Shown: positions 40,601-46,691 of the stretch, piece by piece
Layout: each line of letters opens with the position of its first letter
Numbering within the stretch: position 1 is the first letter of the stretch
Made by a program: the position numbers and the translations under genes
Assembly: GCA_012841525.1 (NCBI GenBank)
Contig: DUUO01000015.1
Coordinates: 18,924 to 82,923, forward strand
Reading direction: 5' to 3'
Length of the DNA: 64,000 nt
From: Clostridiales bacterium
GTDB taxonomy: Bacteria > Bacillota > Clostridia > Christensenellales > DTU072
The notes under the pieces: model-generated
The model's database searches: none
Seen by the model: only the letters and a program-made list of their open reading frames with translations
What the model was told of the DNA's origin: nothing

Positions 40601-41034
40601 GTTATAAGAAGTTTTGCTCCTGCAACTTTGAAGTCTTGCCCTTCTATATAGTTAACGTTTTCTGGTTGCAAATCAACGTTTATAGTGGCAATTTTTGGTT
40701 TATTTACAGTGATTTTATAAGCAATAGATTTTCCTTTATATGAAATAATGACATATTGATCGCCAATTTTAGTTGAATCGTATGAAGAAATCATACTAGA
40801 ATCAAGCATAACTTTTTCTTCGGTTCCATTTTTATATCTAACAATTATAGAAGATCCTTCAAAGCTAAAAGGATCTCCTTGATTATATTCTGTTTGTCCC
40901 AGTGAAACTAATTGCAATGTCTCAATCGCTGCTTCTTGTTCTTGACAAGCAAACAAAACTAGGCTCAAGGCCACAATAAAAATGATTATTGTAATTGTTA
41001 ATAGTATTTTTCTCTTCATTTTTTTCTTTATCAC
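28678..41034 (-). CDS. giant (4118 aa) surface lipoprotein: about a dozen Big_3-like Ig modules, then a dozen or more MBG/YDG-like modules, then a roughly 1300-aa non-repetitive C-terminal region
   Basis: One uninterrupted 12.4-kb ORF with a lipoprotein signal (KRKILLTITIIIFIVALSLVLFAC). Ig modules recur in the form P.K..Y..G..F...G..L.V.Y.NG..E.V.L...M.SGYD....G.Q.V.V.Y. MBG-type modules include KVFGEDDPIF...GDSLLGDGKLSRDPGESVGEYRISLGTLSENNPNYNLVL and LRKEYDGLKG. There is no LPXTG and no C-terminal TM. The ORF track starts at a GTG at 41034; an ATG at 41019 (MKRKILL) is an equally good start. Confidence 0.85.
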   Translation of the reverse strand: MIKKKMKRKILLTITIIIFIVALSLVLFACQEQEAAIETLQLVSLGQTEYNQGDPFSFEGSSIIVRYKNGTEEKVMLDSSMISSYDSTKIGDQYVIISYKGKSIAYKITVNKPKIATINVDLQPENVNYIEGQDFKVAGAKLLITYENDTTEEIPLENYMVTGYDKNLIGNQAVSVKYREEFSNGNYKDHLLTVQATVSKKEIVSIEVFKSPNKTVYFLGEEEPLFDGGILLIKYNNGYTEKVDFIKEKNIEEITDNDSSELIDNLTYTWDSSVASESTFVNLQYYDQQKDIYHITRYSVKIRKRDIKEYKFLNADGNSIGTNLELIQIQNSEFNFYGHKIAIVYNDEKTNETIDLSESPERYVITDYNNETLAKQNVYLQIKYNNLILDKTIPIEVDVKQEVFERLELEVPSNLYVDTPINYKYWNFRYIYNSGNISGVSEVSDGVEIYYFKNGERHKFSDLAVVQFDEPGIYQIEAELSSDPNVKYTGEMEINPMEIDLLELVGVPILEAYFGDEEVDPKDTKIKVKYKNGFYKKINGEEEIQVTSDMITFDAYTSGSSYATITYFDVEYNILGSVEIEIKIINKIPEISIEENPKLTYFINQEFDYSDMSIKFKYASDTTEEIIRSGIAITNEGFYFSIEGQEEDYGLFFVREGEVVVKLSHSGMVGSLEITVNVIKKPIEMGYLYYSGHDADGNFISEYRGNSFGNVIEGLDINLDNMYIEIKFEGSNDFELVKLTKEMLSYKKTDTTIGNRFLEITYPFDVEPSEQIIGYNYSVNVIEKEVVALEIPSDSVPRMTEYTRNPTAGATEEFVYFGLRIIKIYSNGTTQEIELNNSEFDFARVPIDLPAGSEVDIKISYLFDSSVFVFYTVSIVEQTIKEVKWDKDKNTNVNWFDGIMPTVYVTEGQDIDFMNLYAEVQEGLGVATSFDNLYITEIDAMGGSTSVAYSTARNYITQVLGYEKEQGPGEQYVELLYKNNKIPIHVKVKRSVLYSIEIDEENIEKIKAIQGGDLIIDDTYFIAVYRAEGASEEGGQGQSTEKRRFVKLELEHIQKSENNPDGYDKTDATLRDREVTIYYLGKTTQITVNVVEKEVESIIIGGLFKSAFVEGEEFSYVSKDDHNVYPTLQVNYTNGLTNGIYKNGILTFPTVNDLVNEGNLIIDSSSFDSSDFTGVPKTQTIRLIYTSEYGMATYSYNVVVYDRKNSSFKLQGENNFIYGDAVEPTFNVNGYDKVLNEDGSEDTSPIGISLSRGFLHDSITSGFYYVFYIPTEMFNPNSFIYQTLFDEDLSEYNLLNSQETQYKGLRVYTKFPSNVGTYKIVVISLGDKIHNGFRYYAENNSDIKDLKIEKRDIYIKVAENSKIYGKAMPEMLIELRSSPSSSIFEDPMMVFAEQDREKGFESDGFSGENLEEEKTEVKISDKSGNPIDDRLYDCFDIVYISETQGSKRILEFNEPAGDYRVKIQPILVNPNYNLIYTESNFNIKKRKVNVYPKINVDFPTWQHGQPRPAIDYEHSKLSVEEATVASEEENYVINPDDTGLFPGDVLSGNLSADLDLDYDILEQLEPKDPSDPDNVIGYVQISNGTLTSNANRNYDIILNRHTKDNPNEEVFVKYLKRTLYIKVKSQVRIYGSAWNDSNISLIFTKQSAGDVTEEDAFAPTSNNQRETISDVATLSYLYFLIDPITNEKIEINNITEDVGVGSVEVQLSINSEGEKFPFYHIELVNGEIKTAKRNVLIIPTGDIKVFGEDDPIFIFETQSLPHENESGLLEGDSLLGDGKLSRDPGESVGEYRISLGTLSENNPNYNLVLGKNPLTNDDAFLEIVKRQIFVGFDASALRKEYDGLKGTINKSDMTLYIKKLDGSYEEIIGFDYNDISISLQQQSKNIGFYDIDAFSLNPNYQASILKHNNEDVSYEIYQKTVEVDLKTGEYILENNTTLEYSGDGYVLEFIVEPSQLCFIYDENDQLINDGEDFKRDVVTVQLEAKIDGELILGNRISNIGTYLIAPVPTLSNNNYKLSEPLDTYYIHIISKTLLVKLKNADEETHVISREYNGNAIEITSADYEIIPEIPASLRPTLTLGIIGEEEIPKNVLVDENGDILSYEIGITQNSNNPNYIYKLYFQDYEYQIKPKNVVMQISNNNLQQSYNGAPPFIKEFNITGTVQGEILNNENIRFVFSREANDNRANSDAGRYQVSAVSLNPNYYVKLYQDYVFTILQTTGVARLNKTQLYNPLQKEIIEGNPNLPFLLPTDFIFTEAIPPKIRNFVGEDEKNEHINRLGLLTNGVARVRSTFYALNLRGSKEALINGISSVKTAINDIATETNIIYYYHFSDISDELFEELNIVRSRIDEISDLYNQGHDVMKNKFDELLLHVNQANLIMDRENNYISFTFNEAEYKEHFIEGENPNFVVDQIISFTFDSHGYNTVYTWSENSSVVIIRKHVLLKIDDKTVKYGTVVEEQDVNFSIEVYDLHGNYIEQSLFNPNDPTVLGFNLNCGTYDVSIEAMILNELYSQKYIIDLHPSTPNPKLIIEKNNITVVMLDVGAEGNLIYGTPISASMINEYRYLDLSNQEDKLLAIEYYNNIHGTESVTDEELISFFGEKKFLTENVGSDYINSIINTNGASYHLYLKSEYQEGNLDDKYGQSNIDSDDYVIVAEDFNATNYDVKIIPGILRVSRETANIELQAGNAISRKYSESFNLRFNFPNLPLGESSDVMLYKLNQEGVLSPSIGRISENSNIFIDQNATDSDVLDERTSAGLLGNKFLILTNMIGTDEIVAKNYKFNFDPDGYKVLITKKELYLTVTDLDGKQGMTVEYGTFDNPSGVKGSNNDAYKITYEGFASWDEELLNPSVNLQPGKQNAPKFNLYSVASFTAKPVSQTDMTWNALDSDETLLNYQAIVLDGTTLKTNKKVVKIGINPEKLKTAFSFYTNDGFYASFSDMTIYPYLSEILLKIKEPQDEETEPEFIFENYKIIGGTYGPMDFVFIDGSEAAYDEKLHSETSDILDRGGFNLDISPYVGESSFVGYENINGDDWRVEILKEINKKEIFFNHKIYVEKTSTGWKVTVSNFSPTSNYVVPDQIVEFSDSEVEYVYQVADIMPTRKEIFYDSNYNDWQSGSKFPFYVFDTSYSEGLYNQYLSGGVDNFEIGEEYKFNLGNKQYPNLSLEPIAPNTINTVYPVILKFKSNEYLDDNALETATDYPDYFLFNGTMPAEYIRKTFTTERLSMEKMLPLIFKEKTSQTMQDMENKEYLGDSIPYRMRELTHVLEDDSSSLYDKYFEAYDFDNDVARSEIYDKLSFTFSAKKIADNEKSIALGFVLGHFIKDVNEPSIKYPGYTRKKKHSVLLFRMDNNDKVYDKYYLDNGQDFVLEHRVYYELEDGGDFIEIEQIYYSMPFVIHSIFDGYLHTFNFYHDKANMMIYVDVDNSQTNAISLNNLIYLSFKENSETEMYFNKGIEPTTVYPDPVGIGVLSANLDIKIVRMSLANQGFYDVGGSKLVLSSEFNSIVKNASLGYDKVINKDLIAQDVTLKYYLNGEECDESLTSFNLKFGANKLEIYAYKEEGSELVLIDRLLAYAYYYQSGNTNDNKYFDYSVTYTNDANGTIKVNPQANSFYFDGDMSIGNSQELLTYRWLKYYNIITSGQLENSNPDYNSDLYYYLDNDPDNKILLGSDFNAPRFNIVNPDTSDNGELNIGEDMGRTFKFEPSEQNVSSVSMTFKLFDSLNVSNDNPLIGRPTNPDDPDGLKNYDVEFKVKKERTKFEIMLFKNNATNSAIVISNTLYVDDENAPGIYHKNGNKYDKLSENIDFEAQKDYQITILKTETGLSLVLYEDNIKILGIPLLNDIASTLSNTFEAHFAFGRAIIKDVIFNYTHDVNQNRLIVNGEDLIEASKETQIDALGTTKEIEEFRKTPERDILETGYANFKYKIDSEGENAKSTIILEDIINNNNKLTFDLSSTSIKFSYQSVMRKEEVDEEGNLSIVEVIKSSVVQNIPITLSPDVEYTIKISLGEEITVDAASLPNGLVEEYASGEIYCTLVYFYIDNNEYTFYLPEKYGNQDNWIVNYNYSNEEGSYYNDVSCYTMKMEFNDIKATISEFGLYKYRNFDFIGYTLSEIPENEIYP

Positions 41035-41273
41035 AAAATTCTAAAGTCTTATAGTATTTGTTTTGATAATTTTTTATTTTAATATTTTATGTGTTGTTAA
41101 CATTTTTTAATATAATTGAAGGTCTTTTATCGTTTATTACCACATATTTCAATACTCTAAAATGTTATATTATATATAAAATATTATATATCAGTACAAG
41201 TGATTATACAACTAAGAATTGATATTGATACACCTTTTTATAATATAGGTTTCAAATACTTTTCAATAAAATG

Positions 41274-41318
41274 AAAAAAACCATAATTTATCTATAAAAA
41301 TTCATAGATATATTATGG
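41274..41318 (-). terminator. candidate Rho-independent terminator for the RAYT-like gene
   Basis: CCATAAT (41281..41287) pairs with ATTATGG (41312..41318), with inner arms TATCTA/TAGATA. On the minus strand the hairpin is followed by T7 (plus-strand A7 at 41274..41280). Confidence 0.5.
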
Positions 41319-41446
41319 AAAAATTCAAAGTTTTTATTAAATTTAATTTTAAGCATTTTTAACTTCTATAAAATAACAAGCAATTCATAGATAGATATGG
41401 AAAAATTCATAGTTTTTATTATACTTAATATTAAGCATTTCTAACT
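41300..41446. repeat. two copies, about 85% identical, of a roughly 65-bp segment with an 83-bp period; the proximal copy contains the last 16 nt and stop codon of the RAYT-like gene
   Basis: 41300..41365 aligns with 41383..41446 (AATTCATAGATA..GGAAAAATTCAWAGTTTTTATTA..TAAGCATTT..TAACT). Confidence 0.85.
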
Positions 41447-42756
41447 AGAGACATAACATAATCCAAATGTTCTCTGATTCCAAGCTTCTTAGTTGCAGCC
41501 TCAACTGATATGCCTTTCATATCAGAGATATATAAAATCATATCTGTCAAAAATTCATAATTAGGATAAGCAAATCCTAGCATATTCATAATATAATCGT
41601 ATGAATATCCAGTTCTATTTGAAATCATGAAGACAACATCTCTAATAAGCTCTCTTTTTTCAAAAGCATTAAAAAAAGTAATTTGTAAATTATCTATTGA
41701 TTCATCAAAAACTTGTTTTCTATTAATGGCCAAATCTACTATAACTTTGACTAGCATTTCGTGTTGATAGGCTTTTTTAAGACCAATTTTTCTAACAATT
41801 TTCTTAAAATTAAACCCTCCTCTTTCATTTACTTCTGCAATAATTCTATGCATCACATCATTGGGGACACTATTCAAACTATAATATCCGTAGTCAATCA
41901 ATACATTTTCTATTACTGTTGTAAAATTATCACTTTTTCTAACTGTGAAAAAGTCTGCTGGTAATAATCTAGGTCCATTAGCGTGAGCTTTATCCAAGAG
42001 CATAAATGCCTCTTCTTCTCCACCAGCAAGTTGTGCAAGAGCATTAATGGTTACAAAATCATTTGGACGATATGAATTAAAAGGATAGTCAAAGCCTTCA
42101 CAAAGATTATTTGCTGAAGGTTGAGAATGAATAACAGCAATACTTTCTGCAATTTGTTCAGCACCTTTTATTTTTTTATCTCTAGTTTCAGTCCCAAACA
42201 CATACCCAGCACCTTTGTATATTTTATTATAATATTCTGAATAGAGGGTATTTACATTTGCTATATATCTTTTATATGACACTGGGCTTTGATCATAACT
42301 TGCTAAAAGTATATATGCCCTGTCATTTGTAAGTGCATAGGCTAAAATTTCAATAGGAAAATATGCTAACATATTTTTCATGCATTTGACATAATATGCT
42401 TTATTTTCAGGAGTTGGGAAAGATATTGTTTTCCTTCTTGCATCAACGGCGATTCTATAAATGCGAGGTTTTGTTGTATTGCGTGCATAGATTGTGTTTG
42501 GCAAAACAACTTTTCTCTTACGCTTGCTCTTTTTAACGCCATACTTTCTTGCACCACGTTTAATAATATTAGTGTCACCATGTTCGACAGCAACAGTTCC
42601 AGCCGATCCTAATGCAGCGGCTTGAACACTTGGATCACTAACCTTAGATTCTTCATTTTTTGAATCTGTATTAACTGCTTGTGGCTTTTTTGCATCGTCA
42701 TTTACTGCATTTTGTTTATTTTCTAAATCCATGTCAACATTATCTTTTTTTGACAT
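41431..42756 (-). CDS. IS200/RAYT-like (Y1 HUH superfamily, COG1943-type) protein with degenerate catalytic motifs, a basic N-terminal extension and a long helical C-terminal extension
   Basis: The core is collinear with Firmicutes RAYT-like proteins as I remember them. IYRIAVDARRK corresponds to IYH..RG. ILAYALTNDRAYILLAS corresponds to AYCLM.NH.HLL, and YYNKIYKGAGYVFGTETRDKKI to YfN.ky.R.GHLFQdRfks. AVIHSQPSANNL corresponds to RYIH.NPV.A.L, and DYPFNSY to DY.wSSY. The start is trimmed to the ATG at 42756, which follows GGAGGA. Confidence 0.55.
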   Translation of the reverse strand: MSKKDNVDMDLENKQNAVNDDAKKPQAVNTDSKNEESKVSDPSVQAAALGSAGTVAVEHGDTNIIKRGARKYGVKKSKRKRKVVLPNTIYARNTTKPRIYRIAVDARRKTISFPTPENKAYYVKCMKNMLAYFPIEILAYALTNDRAYILLASYDQSPVSYKRYIANVNTLYSEYYNKIYKGAGYVFGTETRDKKIKGAEQIAESIAVIHSQPSANNLCEGFDYPFNSYRPNDFVTINALAQLAGGEEEAFMLLDKAHANGPRLLPADFFTVRKSDNFTTVIENVLIDYGYYSLNSVPNDVMHRIIAEVNERGGFNFKKIVRKIGLKKAYQHEMLVKVIVDLAINRKQVFDESIDNLQITFFNAFEKRELIRDVVFMISNRTGYSYDYIMNMLGFAYPNYEFLTDMILYISDMKGISVEAATKKLGIREHLDYVMSLVRNA

Positions 42757-42974
42757 AACTATCCTCCAACACGGCACTTTATATAATTATATCATTATAA
42801 ACACTAATATGTTAATAGATTGAGACTAGACATTAATTCTAAACATCTAGCCCATCCATTTTTTATTTATTTTTTACATACTGTGCATAATAAATTCTTT
42901 TTATTTTTATACCTCATTATCACAAATTTTAATAACTTATTTATCTAGTCCTTATCAACATTTAAAGTTTCTTC

Positions 42975-44738
42975 TTATTTATCTTCTGAAGCTCCTTCTG
43001 TTTTATCTTCATTCAATAATATAGTTTCATCAAAAACCTTGATAGTTTTGTAATCTAATAGGTCATGTGCTGGTGCTTGACCTTCTTTTTTCATCATCAA
43101 TATATTGAATGTTCCTGGATCTAAATATTTTTCAATAGCATTCATATCACCAGCATAATCTAAGATGAGATTATGATTTTGTTTTAATTTCCTTGCCATT
43201 AGTTCTGCAATTGCTTCTTTTTGTTTCTTTTCTGTAAATGTAAAGAAAAACATAGGAATTATACATGCAAACATACTAACTACACCAGAAAGAACAAGCA
43301 TATCCCATAATTTCTTTAATCCTTCATCTGTCATTGAGCCTGCGGGATTTGAAGGTGAAATTCCAGACATTCCATATGCAATAACACCAATGAAAGCACC
43401 TACTGCCATACCAATTTTATTAATTAAAGTTTGCATTGCAAAACAAATACCTTCTGCTCTTTCGCCAGTTTTCCATTCCAAATAATCAACAGTATCACCA
43501 ATCAAAGCATAGGTCATAATGTTTGAAAAACCTTGCGGAATTCCAAGTATCACCATAGCCATTACAGCAACAACCATTCCTGCCTTGGATTGCCAACCAA
43601 CCAAATACATAACTAACATTGCAACTCCACCTAATATGTGAGAGCCAATAAATGTCCATTTTTTACCGACTTTTTTTGTAAACCAAGGGACTAAAACTGA
43701 AGATACAATACCACCTGGAATTACAAGCAGTGTTAGTATTCCAAATAAACCTTCATTTCTTAGGGCATATTTACAAAAATATAAACCACCAGTATACATA
43801 TAAACCATACGTGCTGCTCCTAAAATACCAGAAAGCACAATTAGCATTAACTGATTGTTTTTAAATAATAATTTTATGTTGTGACCAAAAGATGCAGGTT
43901 TATCATTTGTTTGAAACCTCTCTCTTGTATTTTTGAATCCATAGAAAAACATTGGTAGTGCAACTACAACTATTGCTACTGCACATATGAAATATGTCCA
44001 ACGCAAAGTCTCTGCATTTTGTGCAGCATATTCAGGTAAAACTAAATTGACATGCGATTTTTCAATTATACCAATACCTTCAATATATTGTCCTATGTGA
44101 CTTTCGTTTATCTTATATTTTTTTGTAACACCATTTGTTATTGCAGGAATTAAAATTGTAACAATTCCTGCTCCCACTGTGCAGGCAAGTCTTGCTACAG
44201 TTAAAAATATTCCTCTTTTTTCTGTATCATTTTCCATAGCAGTAGATAATGCCCAGTAAGGCACGTCTGCTATAGTATAAACAACACTCCAAACAACATA
44301 AATAAATGATAACACTAAAAAACTTGCTAAATTTTGTTTATAAAAAGGTAAAAAACATAGTAAGGTCATAATTCCTGTAGGAACTGCAGCCCATTTAAGA
44401 TATGGTCTACATTTACCCCATTTAGTTCTAGTTTTATCAACAAGGGATCCCATAATAGGATCATTAAATGCATCAAATATTCTTGTTGCTAACATCAAAT
44501 ACGCAACTGCCATAACTCCAGTTATTGCACCTATTTTAGAATTTAAGTCAAAACCTAATGCATCTGTCATAAAAATCGTCAAATATGAACCTATAATTGT
44601 GCAAATTAAATTTTGACCAAAACCCGTTATACTGTACGCAATTGCTTCTTTTGGTTGTAAACCCGTTCCAGGTGTTGTACCAAAAAGCTTGTGTCCAAAA
44701 TCACTTAATTTTTTCTTAACTGTAACACTTTCCGCCAT
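42975..44738 (-). CDS. glycoside-pentoside-hexuronide (GPH):cation symporter family sugar transporter with a C-terminal cytoplasmic extension
   Basis: A 587-aa polytopic protein. GPH signature DAFNDPIMGSLVDKTRTKWGKCRPYL sits after TM2. RBS AAGGAGAA. About 90 hydrophilic residues follow the last TM helix. Confidence 0.8.
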   Translation of the reverse strand: MAESVTVKKKLSDFGHKLFGTTPGTGLQPKEAIAYSITGFGQNLICTIIGSYLTIFMTDALGFDLNSKIGAITGVMAVAYLMLATRIFDAFNDPIMGSLVDKTRTKWGKCRPYLKWAAVPTGIMTLLCFLPFYKQNLASFLVLSFIYVVWSVVYTIADVPYWALSTAMENDTEKRGIFLTVARLACTVGAGIVTILIPAITNGVTKKYKINESHIGQYIEGIGIIEKSHVNLVLPEYAAQNAETLRWTYFICAVAIVVVALPMFFYGFKNTRERFQTNDKPASFGHNIKLLFKNNQLMLIVLSGILGAARMVYMYTGGLYFCKYALRNEGLFGILTLLVIPGGIVSSVLVPWFTKKVGKKWTFIGSHILGGVAMLVMYLVGWQSKAGMVVAVMAMVILGIPQGFSNIMTYALIGDTVDYLEWKTGERAEGICFAMQTLINKIGMAVGAFIGVIAYGMSGISPSNPAGSMTDEGLKKLWDMLVLSGVVSMFACIIPMFFFTFTEKKQKEAIAELMARKLKQNHNLILDYAGDMNAIEKYLDPGTFNILMMKKEGQAPAHDLLDYKTIKVFDETILLNEDKTEGASEDK

Positions 44739-44926
44739 CCCTTCTCCTTCACATCTAGCATATTTTATATTTTTATTAATTTAATTATTTAATTCTTAAA
44801 AATTTTAATCGTGCGTGCATATATGCATATATTTTACTAGAATATACTAACATTGATTTATTAATCTTTTCAAGTGCAAAAATTTTTACACATTTATTTA
44901 ATTTTTAATTTGACTTTGAATAAAAC

Positions 44927-46474
44927 TTATTTGTTGTCATAATCTCTGCCAACTTTTGTAGTAAATTTGGTACCATTTGCTCTAATATATGCTTTTTCTA
45001 AACCATAAAATATGTCTTTATATGATCTAAATGACCTATTGTATACACTGAAATTTTTAGGATTCGGGTAATATGTTTTATCTACACGTACATATTTTTC
45101 AGCATATTCTAGTGAATTAATTTCACCAAGGCCTTTAAGAGCTATTATTGCAGCCCCTAATGCACCAGCATTTCTTGCATTTTTAACCGTGGAGCATTCT
45201 GTTCCTGTAATATCTGATATTATTTGCATCCAAGCATCATTTTGAGCCCCCCCGCCAACAACTCTAAAAGTATTAATATCAAATTTATAATCTTTATGAA
45301 AGTTTTCTAATATCCAACGTAAATTATATCCAATACCTTCATAAATTGAACGCATTAAATGTTCTCTTGTATGACTTTCATCTATATTAAATAAAGTTGC
45401 TCTAGTGGTAGTTGAGGATACTGGACAACGCTCTCCAAGCATCCAAGGCGTACATATTAAGCCATTAGAGCCAACTGGGATATTTCTAATATAAGTTGAC
45501 ATATACTCATAAACTTTGTCACCGTACTCTTCTTTTTCTTTTTTGAAAAATTGATTTAATAACCATTCAATATTACTTCCAGCTGCTTCTGTAATTCCGA
45601 CAATTAAATTCATTGCAGGGTCTGCACTTTTTATTGCTGCAGCACCATTTTTAAATTTTGTCTTGTTTTTTGAAGATGCACAAACCCATGCAGAAGTTCC
45701 AAGATATATATGAACATCCCCATCTCTTGTCATACCACTTCCGATGCAAGCACTTTGAACATCATCACAACCACCAAAAACTGGAATTCCAGCAATTAAA
45801 CCCATATCTTTTGCTGCTTCTTTTGTCAAACTTCCGACATTATCTGTAGATGCTATGATAGGAGGTAATTTTTCCATATCAATTCCAAGTAATTTAATTG
45901 CACCCAACCATTTATTTTTCTTTAGATCTAATCCATATGAAGATGCACCTGAATATTCTGCAACCATTTTACCTGTACATCTATATTTTAAATATCCATT
46001 GACATCTAAAAAATATTTTGTCCTTCTGTATATGTCTGGTCTTTCTTCTTTAATCCAAGCAATTTTCGCAACAACATCTTTACCCATTATTGGAGTTCCT
46101 GAAACTAAAGAGAAAATTTTGGGTCCTCCAAATTTTTTCATAATTGATTGGGCTTGCTTTTCTGCTCTGCCATCAACCCATGATATATTTCTGTATAAAA
46201 CATTCCCTTTTTCATCAACTGGAATTATTCCCATTGACTGAGTCGTAAACACAAGCCCTTTTACTTCTTTTGGGTCTATTTTCGTCTTTGCGATTAAATC
46301 CCTAGAGCTTTTGCAAACTCCTTGCCAATATTCCTCTGGCTCTTGTTCTGCCCATGCAGGATAAGGATAATAAATTGGATAATCGCTTTTTGCTGAAGCA
46401 ATAATATTTCCATTAAAATCGACAAGTACTGCCTTATCAGAACTAGTTCCCATATCGTGCGCTATAACATACAT
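44927..46474 (-). CDS. FGGY-family carbohydrate kinase (xylulokinase-like; substrate not assignable)
   Basis: 515 aa with N-terminus YVIAHDMGTSSDKAVLVD and a C-terminal VVGGGAQNDAWMQIISDITG motif, both typical of FGGY kinases. Confidence 0.8.
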   Translation of the reverse strand: MYVIAHDMGTSSDKAVLVDFNGNIIASAKSDYPIYYPYPAWAEQEPEEYWQGVCKSSRDLIAKTKIDPKEVKGLVFTTQSMGIIPVDEKGNVLYRNISWVDGRAEKQAQSIMKKFGGPKIFSLVSGTPIMGKDVVAKIAWIKEERPDIYRRTKYFLDVNGYLKYRCTGKMVAEYSGASSYGLDLKKNKWLGAIKLLGIDMEKLPPIIASTDNVGSLTKEAAKDMGLIAGIPVFGGCDDVQSACIGSGMTRDGDVHIYLGTSAWVCASSKNKTKFKNGAAAIKSADPAMNLIVGITEAAGSNIEWLLNQFFKKEKEEYGDKVYEYMSTYIRNIPVGSNGLICTPWMLGERCPVSSTTTRATLFNIDESHTREHLMRSIYEGIGYNLRWILENFHKDYKFDINTFRVVGGGAQNDAWMQIISDITGTECSTVKNARNAGALGAAIIALKGLGEINSLEYAEKYVRVDKTYYPNPKNFSVYNRSFRSYKDIFYGLEKAYIRANGTKFTTKVGRDYDNK

Positions 46475-46586
46475 AACAACAACCTCTCCAAAATTTAATT
46501 TTTATATAACATTTTCACAAGCATAAAATTATATACATGTTAAAAATTTTCATATTTTAAACATTTTCTTATAATTGACTGATAAA

Positions 46587-46691
46587 TCATTACTTATTTA
46601 TTAATTACTTTTTAGAAACACATTTATGCTTTAAATTATACAGTCATTACTTATTTATTAGTCGCTTTTTTAGAAACACATTTATGTTTTA
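46587..46691. repeat. two copies of a roughly 47-bp segment with a 57-bp period; the proximal copy overlaps the stop codon of the 1282-aa lipoprotein gene
   Basis: 46587..46633 aligns with 46644..46691 (TCATTACTTATTTATTA...CTTTTTAGAAACACATTTATGYTTTA). Confidence 0.85.

Noticed and set aside
42975-46474. A GC-content shift suggesting horizontal acquisition of the transporter/kinase pair.
   Set aside because: Hand counts of sample lines gave about 35% here against about 28% in the giant gene, but dnaE lines are similarly GC-richer. The difference is consistent with protein-composition effects and cannot be assessed properly without a sliding-window computation.
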